Positions 1 through 14,074 are shown, counted from the first letter of the stretch. The stretch is DNA of 64,000 bases from Azolla caroliniana (GCA_043228905.1 JBHGNT010000010.1:124001-188000), one strand, 5' to 3'. The notes: generated by a model not told the origin, from the letters alone. Numbers and translations are program-made.

Positions 1-3000
1 AAATTTGGTAATTTCTTCATGTTTCTCGACCTGAGTTTCAAAATCTTGATTTTTTAATTCTATATCATAGCTAGTGTTGTTAGCTTCGATTCGCATCTTT
101 GAACACAAAAAGCTGGTATCACACGAGCCAGATATGAAAATTTTAAATTAGTCACGGGCTCTTCTCAACTCCCTCCTCAAATTTGGTAATTTCTTCATGT
201 CTCTCGCCCTGAGTTTCAAAATCGAGATTTTTTAATTCCATATCTGAGGTAGCGTTGTTAGCTTCGAATCGCAAGTTTGAACACAAAAATCCGAGATCAC
301 ACGAGCCAGGTATGAACATTTTAATTTACTCAGGCGCTCTTCTCAACTCCCTCCTAAAATTTGGTAATTTCTCGATGTCTCTCGACCTGAGTTTCAAAAT
401 CTTGATTTCTTAATTCCATATCATAGGTAACGTTGTTAGCTTCGTATCACATGTTTGAACACAAAAATCCGATATCACATGGGCCAGCTATGAACATTTT
501 AATTTACTCTCCGGCTCTTCTCAACTCCCTCTTCTAACTTGCCAATTTCTTCATGTCTCTCGACCTGAGTTTCAAAATCTTGATTTTTTAATTCCATATC
601 ATAGGTAGCATTGTTAGCTACGATTCGCATGTTTGAACACAGAAATCCGGGATCACACGAGCCAGGTATCAACATTTTAATTTATTCGCGCGCTCTTCTC
701 AACGCCCTCCTCAAATTTGGTAATTTTTTGATGTCTCTCGACTTGAGTTTCAAAATCTCGATTTTTTAATTCGATATCATAGGTAGCATTGTTATCTTCA
801 AATCGCATGTTTGAACAGAAAAATCCGGGATAACACGAGCCAGGTATGAACATTTTAATTTACTCACGCGCTCTTCTGAACTCCCTCTTCAAATTTGGTA
901 ATTTCTTCATGTCTCTCGACCTGAGTTTCAAAATCTAGGTTTTTTAATTCCATTTTATAGGTAGCATTGGTAGCTTCGATTCGCATCTTTGAACACTAAA
1001 ATCCGATATCACATGGGCCAGGTATGAACATTTTAATTTACTCACGGGCTCTTCTCAACTTTCTCTTCAAATTCGTAATTTCTTCCTGTCTCTCGACCTA
1101 AGTTTCAAAATCTCTATTTCTTAATTCCATATTATAGGTAGCGTTGTTAGCTTCGATTCGCATATTTGAACACAGAAATCCGGGATCACACGAGCCAGGT
1201 ATGAACATTTTAATTTCTTCATGTCTCTCGACCTGAGTTTCAAAATCTTGATTTTTTAATTCGATATTATAGCTAGTCTTGTTAGCTTCGATTCGCATGT
1301 TTTAACACAAAAATCAGGGATCACACGAGCCAAGTATGAACATTTTAATTTACTCACGCGCTCTTCTCAACTCCCTTTTCAAATTTGGTAATTTCTTCAT
1401 GTCTGTGGACCTGAATATCAAAATCTCAATTTTTTAATTCTATATTATAGGTATCGTTGTTAGCTTCGATTCGCATCTTTGAACACAAAAATCTGGTATC
1501 ACACGAGCCAGGTATGAAAATTTTAATTTACTCACGGGCTCTTCTCAACTCCCTCTTCAAATTTGGTAATTTCTTCATGTCTCTCGACCTGCGTTTCAAA
1601 ATCTTGATTTTTTAATTCCATATCATAGGTAGCGTTGTTAGCTTCGAATCGCATGTTTGAACACAAAAATCCGATATCACATGGGCCAGGTATGAACATT
1701 TTAATTTACTCACGGGCTCTTCTCAACTCCCTCCTCAAATTTGGTAATTTCTTCATGTCTCTCGACCTGAGTTTCAAAATCTTGATTTTTTAATTCTATA
1801 ACATAGGTAGCGTTGTTAGCTTCGAATCGCATGTTTGAACACAAAAATCCGGGAGCACACGAGCCAGGTATGAACATTTTAATTTACTCACGGGCTCCTC
1901 TCAACTCCCTCCTCAAATTTGGTAATTTCTTCATGTCTCTCGACCTGAGTTTCAAAATCTTGATTTTTTAATTCCATATTCTAGGTAGCGTTGTTAGCTT
2001 CGAATCGCAAGTTTGAACCCAAAAATCCGAGATCACACGAGCCAGGTATGAACATTTTAAATTAGTCACGGGCTCTTCTCAACTCCTTGCTCAAATTTGG
2101 TAATTTCTTCATGTCTCGCGACCTGCGTTTCAAAATCTTGATTTTTTAAATCCATATCATAGGTAGCGTTGTTAGCTTCGAATCGCATGTTTGAACACAA
2201 AAATCCGGGATCACACGAGCCAGGTATGAACATTTTAATTTACTCACGGGCTCCTCTCAACTCCCTCCTCAAATTTGGTAATTTCTTCATGTCTCTCGAC
2301 CTGAGTTTCAAAATCTTGATTTTTTAATTCCATATCATAGCTAGCGTTGTTAGCTTCGATTCGCATCTTTGAACACTAAAATCCTAGATCACATGGGCCA
2401 GGTATGAACATTTTAATTTACTCACGGGCTCTTCTCAACTCCCTCTTCTAACTCGCCAATTTGTTCATGTCTCTCGACCTGAGTTTCAAAATCTTGATTT
2501 TTTAATTCCATATCATAGGTAGCGTTGTTAGCTTCAAATCGCATGTTTGAACACAAAAATCCGATATCACATGGGCCAGGTATGAACATTTTAATTTACT
2601 CACGGGCTCTTCTCAACTCCCTCTTCTAACTTGCCAATTTCTTCATGTCTCTCGACCTGAGTTTCAAAATCTTGATTTTTTAATTCCATATCATAACTAG
2701 TGTTGTTAGCTTCGATTCCAATGTTTAAACACTAAAATCCGGGATCACACGAGCCAGGTATGAACATCTTAATTTACTCAGCCGCTCTTCTCAACTCCCT
2801 CCTCAAATTTGGTAATTTCTCGATGTCTCTCGACCTGAGTTTCAAAATCTTGATTTCTTAATTCCATATCATAGGTAACGTTGTTAGCTTCGTATCACAT
2901 GTTTGAACACAAAAATCCGATATCACATGGGCCAGCTATGAACATTTTAATTTACTCTGCGGCTCTTCTCAACTCCCTCTTCTAACTTGCCAATTTCTTC

Positions 3001-4243
3001 ATGTCTCTCGACCTGAGTTTCAAAATCTTGATTTTTTAATTCCATATCATAGGTAGCGTTGTTAGCTACGATTCGCATGTTTGAACACAGAAATCCGGGA
3101 TGACACGAGCCAGGTATGAACATTTTAATTTATTCGCGCGCTCTTCTCAACTCCCTCCTCAAATTTGGTAATTTTTTGATGTCTCTCGACTTGAGTTTCA
3201 AAATCTCGATTTTTTAATTGCATATCATAGGTAGCATTGTTATCTTCAAATCGCATGTTTGAACAGAAAAATCCGGGATAACACGAGCCAGGTATGAACA
3301 TTTTAAATTAGTCACGCGCTCTTCTGAACTCCCTCTTCAAATTTGGTAATTTCTTCATGTCTCTCGACCTGAGTTTCAAAATCTTGATTTTTTAATTCTA
3401 TATCATAGGTAGCGTTGTTAGCTTCGAATCGCATGTTTGAACACAAAAATCCGGGATTACACGAGCCAGGTATGAACATTTTAATTTACTCACGGGCTCC
3501 TCTCAACTCCCTCCTCAAATTTGGTAATTTCTTCATGACTCTCGACCTGAGTTTCAAAATCTTGAATTTTTAATTGTATATCATAGGTAGCGTTGTTAGC
3601 TTCGAAGCACATCTTTGAACACAAAAATCCGATATCACATGGGCCAGGTATGAACATTTTAATTTACTCACGGCCTCTTCTCGACTCCCTCTTCTAACTT
3701 GCCAATTTCTTCATGTCTCTCGACCTGAGTTTCAAAATCTTGATTTTTTAATTCCATATCTTAGGTAGCGTTGTTAGCTTCGAATCGCAAGTTTGAACAC
3801 AAAAATCCGAGATCACACGAGCCAGGTATGAACATTTTAATTTACTCACGGGCTCTTCTCAACTCCCTCTTCTAACTTGCCAATTTCTTCATGTCTCTCG
3901 ACCTGAGTTTCAAAATCTTGATTTTTTAATTCCATATCATAGGTAGCGTTGTTAGCTTCGATTCGCATGTTTGAACACAGAAATCCGGGATCACACGAGC
4001 CAAGTATGAACATTTTAATTTACTCACGGGCTCCTCTCAACTCCCTCCTCAAATTTGGTAATTTCTTCATGTCTCTCGACCTGAGTTTCAAAATCTTCAA
4101 TTTTTAATTCCATATCATAGGTAGCGTTGTTAGTTTCGAATCGCAAGTTTGAACACAGAAATTTGGGATCACACGAGCCAGGTATGAACATTTTAAATTA
4201 GTCACGGGCTCTTCTCAACTCCTTCTTCTAACTTGCCAATTTC

Positions 4244-5340
4244 ATATCATAGGTAGCGTTGTTAGCTTCGAATCACATGTTTGAACACAAAAATCCGATA
4301 TCACATGGGCCAGGTATGAACATTTTAATTTACTCACGGGCTCTTCTCGACTCCCTCTTCTAACTTGCCAATTTCTTCATGTCTCTCGACCTGAGTTTCA
4401 AAATCTTGATTTTTTAATTCCATATCATAGGTAGCGTTGTTAGCTTCGAATCACATGTTTGAACACAAAAATCCGATATCACATGGGCCAGGTATGAACA
4501 TTTTAATTTACTCACGGGCTCTTCTCGACTCCCTCTTCTAACTTGCCAATTTCTTCATGTCTCTCGACCTGAGTTTCAAAATCTTGATTTTTTAATTCCA
4601 TATCATAGGTAGCGTTGTTAGCTTCGAATCACATGTTTGAACACAAAAATCCGATATCACATGGGCCAGGTATGAACATTTTAATTTACTCACGGGCTCT
4701 TCTCGACTCCCTCTTCTAACTTGCCAATTTCTTCATGTCTCTCGACCTGAGTTTCAAAATCTTGATTTTTTAATTCCATATCATAGGTAGCGTTGTTAGC
4801 TTCGAATCGAATGTTTGACACAAAAATCCGATATCACATGGGCCAGGTATGAACATTTTAATTTACTCACGGGCTCTTCTCGACTCCCTCTTCTAACTTG
4901 CCAATTTCTTCATGTCTCTCGACCTGAGTTTCAAAATCTTGATTTTTTAATTCCATATCATAGGTAGCGTTGTTAGCTTCGAATCACATGTTTGAACACA
5001 AAAATCCGATATCACATGGGCCAGGTATGAACATTTTAATTTACTCACGGGCTCTTCTCGACTCCCTCTTCTAACTTGCCAATTTCTTCATGTCTCTCGA
5101 CCTGAGTTTCAAAATCTTGATTTTTTAATTCCATATCATAGGTAGCGTTGTTAGCTTCGAATCACATGTTTGAACACAAAAATCCGATATCACATGGGCC
5201 AGGTATGAACATTTTAATTTACTCACGGGCTCTTCTCGACTCCCTCTTCTAACTTGCCAATTTCTTCATGTCTCTCGACCTGAGTTTCAAAATCTTGATT
5301 TTTTAATTCCATATCATAGGTAGCGTTGTTAGCTTCGATT
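4244..5340. repeat. Run of six consecutive near-identical type-B monomers
   Basis: AATCACATG...GATATCACATGGGCC...TCGACTCCCTCTTCTAACTTGCC recurs at about 4271, 4449, 4627, 4982 and 5160. The copy at about 4805 carries AATCGAATGTTTGACAC instead. Confidence 0.9.
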
Positions 5341-7329
5341 CGCATGTTTGAACACAGAAATCCGGGATCACACGAGCCAGGTATAAACATTTTAATTTAT
5401 TCACGCGCTCTTCTCAACTCCCTCCTCAAATTTGGTAATTTCTTCATGTCTCTCGACCTGAGTTTCAAAATCTTGATTTTTTAATTCTATATCATACGTA
5501 GCGTTGTTAGCTTCGAATCGCATGTTTGAACACAAAAATCCGGGATCACACGAGCCAGGTATGAACATTTTAATTTACTCACGGGCTCCTCTCAACTCTC
5601 TCCTCAAATTTGGTAATTTCTTCATGTCTCTCGACCTGAGTTTCAAAATCTTGATTTTTTAATTCCATATCATAGGTAGCGTTGTTAGCTTCGAATCGCA
5701 TGTTTGACACAAAAATCCGATATCACATGGGCCAGGTATGAACATTTTAATTTACTCACGGGCTCTTCTCGACTCCCTCTTCTAACTTGCCAATTTCTTC
5801 ATGTCTCTCGACCTGAGTTTCAAAATCTTGATTTTTTAATTCCATATCATAGGTAGCGTTGTTAGCTTCGAGTCGCATGTTTGAACACAGAAATCCGGGA
5901 TCACACGAGCCAGATATGAACATTTTAATTTATTCACGCGCTCTTCTCAACCTCCTCCTCAAATTTGGTAATTTCTTCATGTCTCTCGACCTGAGTTTCA
6001 AAATCTTGATTTTTTAATTCTATATCATAGCTAGCATTGTTAGCTTCGAATCGCATGTTTGAACACAAAAATCCGGGATCACACGAGGCAGGTATGAACA
6101 TTTTAATTTACTCACGGGCTCCTCTCAACTCCCTCCTCAAATTTGGTAATTTCTTCATGTCTCTCGACCTGAGTTTCAAAATCTTGATTTTTTAATTTTA
6201 TATCATAGGTAGCGTTGTTAGCTTTGAATCGCATGTTTGAACACAAAAATCCGGGATCACACGAGCCAGGTATGAACATTTTAATTTACTCACGGGCTCC
6301 TCTCAACTCCCTCGTCAAATTTGGTAATTTCTTCATGTCTCTCGACCTGAGTTTCAAAATCTTGAATTTTTAATTGTATATCATAGGTAGCGTTGTTAGC
6401 TTCGAATCGCATGTTTGAACACAAAAATCCGATATCACATGCGCTAGGTATGAACATTTTAATTTACTCACGGGCTCTTCTCAACTACCTCTTCTAACTT
6501 GCCAATTTCTTCATGTCTCGCGACCTGCGTTTCAAAATCTTGATTTTTTAATTCCATATCATAGGTAGCGTTGTTAGCTTCGAATCGCATGTTTGACCAC
6601 AAAAATCCGGGATCACACGAGCCAGGTATGAACATTTTAATTTACTCACGGGCTCCTCTCAACTCCCTCCTCAAATTTGGTAATTTCTTCATGTCTCTCG
6701 ACCTGAGTTTCAAAATCTTGATTTTTTAATTCCATATCATAGGTAGCGTTGTTAGCTTCGAATCGCATGTTTGACACAAAAATCCGATATCACATGGGCC
6801 AGGTATGAACATTTTAATTTACTCACGGGCTCTTCTCGACTCCCTCTTCTAACTTGCCAATTTCTTCATGTCTCTCGACCTGAGTTTCAAAATCTTGATT
6901 TTTTAATTCCATATCATAGGTAGCGTTGTTAGCTTCGAGTCGCATGTTTGAACACAGAAATCCGGGATCACACGAGCCAGATATGAACATTTTAATTTAT
7001 TCACGCGCTCTTCTCAACCTCCTCCTCAAATTTGGTAATTTCTTCATGTCTCTCGACCTGAGTTTCAAAATCTTGATTTTTTAATTCTATATCATAGCTA
7101 GCATTGTTAGCTTCGAATCGGATGTTTGAACACAAAAATCCGGGATCACACGAGGCAGGTATGAACATTTTAATTTACTCACGGGCTCCTCTCAACTCCC
7201 TCCTCAAATTTGGTAATTTCTTCATGTCTGTCGACCTGAGTTTCAAAATCTTGATTTTTTAATTCTACATCATAGGTAGCGTTGTTAGCTTCGAATCACA
7301 TCTTTGAACACAAAAATCCGGGATCACAC

Positions 7330-10300
7330 GAGCCAGGTATGAACATTTTAATTTACTCACGCGCTCTTCTCAACGCCCTCCTCAAATTTGGTAATTTCTT
7401 CATGTCTCTCGACCTGAGTTTCAAAATCTTGATTTTTTAATTCCATATCTTAGGTAGCGTTGTTAGCTTCGATTCGCATGTTTGAACACAAAACTCCGGT
7501 ATCACACGAGCCAGGTATGAACATTTTAATTTACTCACGGGCTCCTCTCAACTCCCTCCTCAAATTTGGTAATTTCTTCATGTCTCTCGACCTGAGTTTC
7601 AAAATCTTGAATTTTTAATTGTATATCATAGGTAGCGTTGTTAGCTTCGAATCGCATGTTTGAACACAAAAATCCGATATCGCATGCGCTAGGTATGAAC
7701 ATTTTAATTTACTCACGGGCTCTTCTCAACTACCTCTTCTAACTTGCCAATTTCTTCATGTCTCGCGACCTGCGTTTCAAAATCTTGATTTTTTAATTCC
7801 ATATCATAGGTAGCGTTGTTAGCTTCGAATCGCATGTTTGACCACAAAAATCCGGGATCACACGAGCCAGGTATGAACATTTTAATTTACTCACGGGCTC
7901 TTCTCAACTCCCTCCTCAAATTTGGTAATTTCTTCATGTCTCTCGACCTGAGTTTCAAAATCTTGAATTTTTAATTCCATATCATAGGTAGCGTTGTTAG
8001 CTTCGAATCGCATGTTTGAACACAAAAATCCGGGATCACACGAGCCAGGTATGAACATTTTAATTTACTCACGGGCTCCTCTCAACTCCCTCCTCAAATT
8101 TGGTAATTTCTTCATGTCTCTCGACCTGAGTTTCAAAATCTTGATTTTTTAATTCCATATCATAGGTAGCGTTGTTAGCTTCGAATCGCATGTTTGACAC
8201 AAAAATCCGATATCACATGGGCCAGGTATGAACATTTTAATTTACTCACGGGCTCTTCTCGACTCCCTCTTCTAACTTGCCAATTTCTTCATGTCTCTCG
8301 ACCTGAGTTTCAAAATCTTGATTTTTTAATTCCATATCATAGGTAGCGTTGTTAGCTTCGAGTCGCATGTTTGAACACAGAAATCCGGGATCACACGAGC
8401 CAGATATGAACATTTTAATTTATTCACGCGCTCTTCTCAACCTCCTCCTCAAATTTGGTAATTTCTTCATGTCTCTCGACCTGAGTTTCAAAATCTTGAT
8501 ATTTTAATTCTATATCATAGCTAGCATTGTTAGCTTCGAATCGCATGTTTGAACACAAAAATCCGGGATCACACGAGGAAGGTATGAACATTTTAATTTA
8601 CTCACGGGCTCCTCTCAACTCCCTCCTCAAATTTGGTAATTTCTTCATGTCTCTCGACCTGAGTTTCAAAATCTTGATTTTTTAATTCTATATCATAGGT
8701 AGCGTTGTTAGCTTTGAATCGCATCTTTGAACACAAAAATCCGGGATCACACGAGCCAGGTATGAACATTTTAATTTACTCACGCGCTCTTCTCAACTCC
8801 CTCCTCAAATTTGGTAATTTCTTCATGTCTCTCGACCTGAGTTTCAAAATCTTGATTTTTTAATTCCATATCTTAGGTAGCGTTGTTAGCTTCGATTCGC
8901 ATGTATGAACACAAAAATCCGGTATCACACGAGCCAGGTATGAACATTTTAATTTACTCACGGGCTCCTCTCAACTCCCTCCTCAAATTTGGTAATTTCT
9001 TCATGTCTCTTGACCTGCGTTTCAAAATCTTGATTTTTTAATTCCATATCATAGGTAGCGTTGTTAGCTTCGAATCGCATGTTTGAACACAAAAATCCGA
9101 TATCACATGGAACAGGTATGAACATTTTAATTTACTCACGGGCTCTTCTCAACTCCCTCCTCAAATTTGGTAATTTCTTCATGTCTCTCGACCTGAGTTT
9201 CAAAATCTTGATTTTTTAATTCTATAACATAGGTAACGTTGTTTGCTTCGAATCGCATGTTTGAACACAAAAATCCGGGATCACACGAGCCAGGTATGAA
9301 CATTTTAATTTACTCACGGGCTCCTCTCAACTCCCTCCTCAAATTTGGTAATTTCTTCATGTCTCTCGACCTGAGTTTCAAAATCTTGATTTTTTAATTC
9401 CATATTCTAGGTAGCGTTGTTAGCTTCGAATCGCAAGTTTGAACCGAAAAATCCGAGATCACACGAGCTAGGTATGAACATTTTAAATTAGTCACGGGCT
9501 CTTCTCAACTCCTTGCTCAAATTTGGTAATTTGTTCATGTCTCGCGACCTGCGTTTCGAAATCTTGATTTTTTAATTCCATATCATAGGTAGCGTTGTTA
9601 GCTTCGAATTGCATGTTTGAACACAAAAATCCGGGATCACACGAGCCAGGTATGAACATTTTAATTTACTCACGAGCTCCTCTCAACTCCCTCCTCAAAT
9701 TTGGTAATTTCTTCATGTCTCTCGACCTGAGTTTCAAAATCTTGATTTTTTAATTCCATATCTTAGGTAGCGTTGTTAGCTTCGAATCGCAAGTTTGAAC
9801 ACAAAAATCCGAGATCACACGAGCCAGGTAGGAACATTTTAATTTACTCTCCGGCTCTTCTCAACTCCCTCTTCTAACTTGCCAATTTCATCATGTCTCT
9901 CGACGTGAGTTTCAAAATCTTGATTTTTTAATTCCATATCATAGGTAGCGTTGTTAGCTTCGATTCGCATGTTTGAACACAGAAATCCGGGATCACACGA
10001 GCCAGGTATGAACATTTTAATTTACTCACGGGCTCCTCTCAACTCCCTCCTCAAATTTGGTAATTTCTTCATGTCTCTCGACCTGAGTTTCAAAATCTTG
10101 ATTTTTTAATTCCATATCATAGGTAGCGTTGTTAGCTTCGAATCGCAAGTTTGAACACAGAAATTCGGAAGCACACGAGCCAGGTATGAACATTTTAATT
10201 TATTCACGCGCTCTTCTCAAATTTGGTAATTTCTTCATGTCTCTCGACCTGAGTGTCAAAATCCGAATTTTTTAATTCTATATCATAGCTAGCATTGTTA

Positions 10301-10330
10301 GCTTCGATTCGCATCTTTGAACACAAAAAT
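7330..10330. repeat. Dispersed single copy of the 15-mer HOR unit plus following monomers (matches about 25620-28620, offset 18291)
   Basis: Shared rare variants occur in the same order: CAACGCCC (7371), AAACTCCGGT, GATATTTT, CATGTATG, TGGAACAGG, GAACCGAAAA (9441 vs 27732), GACGTGAG and the 12-bp deletion (10216 vs 28507). Confidence 0.88.
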
Positions 10331-13300
10331 CCGGGATCACACGAGCTAGGTATGAACATTTTAATTTACTCACGCGCTCTTCTCAACTCCATCCTCAAAT
10401 TTGGTAATTTCTTCATGTCTCTCGACCTGAGTTTCAAAATCTTGATTTTTTAATTCCATATCATAGGTAGCGTTGGTAGCTTCGAATCGCAAGTTTGAAC
10501 ACAGAAATCCGGGATCACACGAGCCAGGTATGAACATTTTAATTTACTCACGCGCTCTTCTCAACTCCCTCGTCATATTTGGTAATTTCTTCATGTTTCT
10601 CGACCTGAGTTTCAAAATCTTGATTTTTTAATTCCATATCATAGGTAGCGTTGTTAGCTTCGATTCGTATGTTTGAACACAGAAATCCGGGATCACACGA
10701 GCCAGGTATGAACATTTTAATTTACTCACGGGCTCCTCTCAACTCCATCCTCAAATTTGGTAATTTCTTCATGTCTCTCGACCTGAGTTTCAAAATCTTC
10801 ATTTTTTAATTCCATATCATAGGTAGCGTTGTTAGCTTCGAATCGCAAGTTTGAACACAGAAATCCGGGATCACACGAGCCAGGTATGAACATTTTAATT
10901 TACTCACGCGCTCTTCTCAACTCCCTCGTCAAATTTGGTAATTTGTTCATGTTTCTCGACCTGAGTTTCAAAATCTTGATTTTTTAATTCTATATCATAG
11001 CTAGTGTTGTTAGCTTCGATTCGCATCTTTGAACACAAAAATCTGGTATCACACGAGCCAGATATGAAAATTTTAAATTAGTCACGGGCTCTTCTAAACT
11101 CCCTCCTCAAATTTGGTAATTTCTTCATGTCTCTCGCCCTGAGTTTCAAAATCTTGATTTTTTAATTCCATATCTGAGGTAGCGTTGTTAGCTTCGAATC
11201 GCAAGTTTGAACACAAAAATCCGAGATCACACGAGCCTGGTATGAACATTTTAATTTACTGAGGCGCTCTTCTCAACTCCCTCCTCAAATTTGGTAATTT
11301 CTCGATGTCTCTCGACCTGAGTTTCAAAATCTTGATTTCTTAATTCCATATCATAGGTAACGTTGTTAGCTTCGTATCACATGTTTGAACACAAAAATCC
11401 GATATCACATGGGCCAGCTATGAACATTTTAATTTACTCTCCGGCTCTTCTCAACTCCCTCTTCTAACTTGCCAATTTCTTCATGTCTCTCGACCTGAGT
11501 TTCAAAATCTTGATTTTTTAATTCCATATCATAGGTAGCGTTGTTAGCTACGATTCGCATGTTTGAACACAGAAATCCGGAATCACACGAGCCAGGTATG
11601 AACATTTTAATTTATTCGCGCGCTCTTCTCAACTCCCTCCTCAAATTTGGTAATTTTTTGATTTCTCTCGACTTGAGTTTGAAAATCTCGATTTTTTAAT
11701 TGCATATCATAGGTAGCATTGTTATCTTCAAATCGCATGTTTGAACAGAAAAATCCGGGATAACACGAGCCAGGTATGAACATTTTAATTTACTCACGCG
11801 CTCTTCTGAACTCCCTCTTCAAATTTGGTAATTTCTTCATGTCTCTCGACCTGAGTTTCAAAATCTTGATTTTTTAATTCTATATCATAGGTAGCGTTGT
11901 TAGCTTCGAATCGCATGTTTGAACACAAAAATCCGGGATCACACGAGCCAGGTATGAACATTTTAATTTACTCACGGGCTCCTGTCAACTCCCTCCTCAA
12001 ATTTGGTAATTTCTTCATGACTCTCGACCTGAGTTTCAAAATCTTGAATTTTTAATTGTATATCATAGGTAGCGTTGTTAGCTTCGAAGCACATGTTTGA
12101 ACACAAAAATCCGATATCACATGGGCCAGGTATGAACATTTTAATTTACTCACGGCCTCTTCTCGACTCCCTCTTCTAACTTGCCAATTTCTTCATGTCT
12201 CTCAACCTGAGTTTCAAAATCTTGATTTTTTAATTCCATATCTTAGGTAGCGTTGTTAGATTCGAATCGCAAGTTTGAACACAAAAATCCGAGATCACAC
12301 GAGCCAGTTATGAACATTTTAATTTACTCACGGGCTCTTCTCAACTCCCTCTTCTAACTTGCCAATTTCTTCATGTCTCTCGACCTGAGTTTCAAAATCT
12401 TGATTTTTTAATTCCATATCATAGGTAGCGTTGTTAGCTTCGATTCGCATGTTTGAACACAGAAATCCGGGATCACACGAGCCAAGTATGAACATTTTAA
12501 TTTACTCACGGGCTCCTCTCAACTCCCTCCTCAAATTTGGTAATTTCTTCATGTCTCTCGACCTGAGTTTCAAAATCTTGAATTTTTAATTCCATATCAT
12601 AGGTAGCGTTGTTAGCTTCGAATCGCAAGTTTGAACACAGAATTTCGGGATCACACGAGCCAGGTATGAACATTTTAATTTACTCACGGGCTCTTCTCAA
12701 CTCCCTCCTCAAATTTGGTAATTTCTTCATGTCCTTCGACCTGAGTTTCAAAATCTTGATTTTTTAATTCTATAACATAGGTAACGTTGTTAGCTTCGAA
12801 TCGCATGTTTGAACACAAAAATCCGGGATCACACGAGCCAGGTATGAACATTTTAATTTACTCACGGGCTCCTCTCAACTCCCTCCTCAAATTTGGTAAT
12901 TTCTTCATGTCTCTCGACCTGAGTTTCAAAATCTTGATTTTTTAATTCCATATTCTAGGTAGCGTTGTTAGCTTCGAATCGCAAGTTTGAACCCAAAAAT
13001 CCGAGATCACACGAGCCAGGTATGAACATTTTAATTTACTCACGGGCTCCTCTCAACTCCCTCCTCAAATTTGGTAATTTCTTCATGTCTCTCGACCTGA
13101 GTTTCAAAATCTTGATTTTTTAATTCTATATTATAGGTAGCGTTGTTAGCTTCGAATCGCATGTTTGAACACAAAAATCCGGGATCACACGAGGCAGGTA
13201 TGAACATTTTAATTTACTCACGGGCTCCTCTCAACTCCCTCCTCAAATTTGGTAATTTCTTCATGTCTCTCGACCTGAGTTTCAAAATCTTGTTTTTTTA

Positions 13301-14074
13301 ATTCCATATCTTCGGTAGCGTTGTTAGCTTCGATTCGCATGTTTGAACACAAAAATCCGGGATCACACGAGCCAGGTATGAACATTTTAATTTACTCACG
13401 GGCTCCTCTCAACTCCCTCCTCAAATTTGGTAATTTCTTCATGTCTCTCGACCTGAGTTTCAAAATCTTGAATTTTTAATTCCATATCATAGGTAGCGTT
13501 GTTAGCTTCGAATCACATGTTTGAACACAAAAATCCGATATCACATGGGCCAGGTATGAACATTTTAATTTACTCACGGGCTCTTCTCGACTCCCTCTTC
13601 TAACTTGCCAATTTCTTCATGTCTCTCGACCTGAGTTTCAAAATCTTGATTTTTTAATTCCATATCATAGGTAGAGTTGTTAGCTTCGATTCGCATCTAT
13701 GAACACAAAAATCTGGGATCACACGAGCCAGGTATGAAAATTTTAAATTAGTCACGGGCTCTTCTCAACTCCCTCCTCAAATTTGGTAATTTGTTCATGT
13801 CTCTCGCCCTGAGTTTCAAAATCTTGATTTTTTAATTCCATATCTTAGGTAGCGTTGTTAGCTTCGAATCGCAAGTTTGAACACAAAAATCCGAGATCAC
13901 ACGAGCCAGGTAGGAACATTTTAATTTACTCTCCGGCTCTTCTCAACTCCCTCTTCTAACTTGCCAATTTCATCATGTCTCTCGACGTGAGTTTCAAAAT
14001 CTTGATTTTTTAATTCCATATCATAGGTAGCGTTGTTAGCTTCGATTCGCATGTTTGAACACAGAAATCCGGGA

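Noticed and set aside
80-130. CENP-B box
   Set aside because: TTCG is present, but the pattern TTCGNNNNANNCGGG is not met on either strand in the consensus or in the variants I checked.
1-178. Origin of the monomer from an 89-bp dimer (TTTTAATT at 52 and 141, exactly 89 bp apart)
   Set aside because: Ungapped comparison of the two halves gave about 30/89 matches by my count, which is near background once that motif is excluded.
1098-1298. 66-aa minus-strand ORF with an internal MRIEAN repeat
   Set aside because: It is translated satellite. The 43-bp deletion makes a 135-bp in-frame unit, which explains the 45-aa repeat. There is no gene context.
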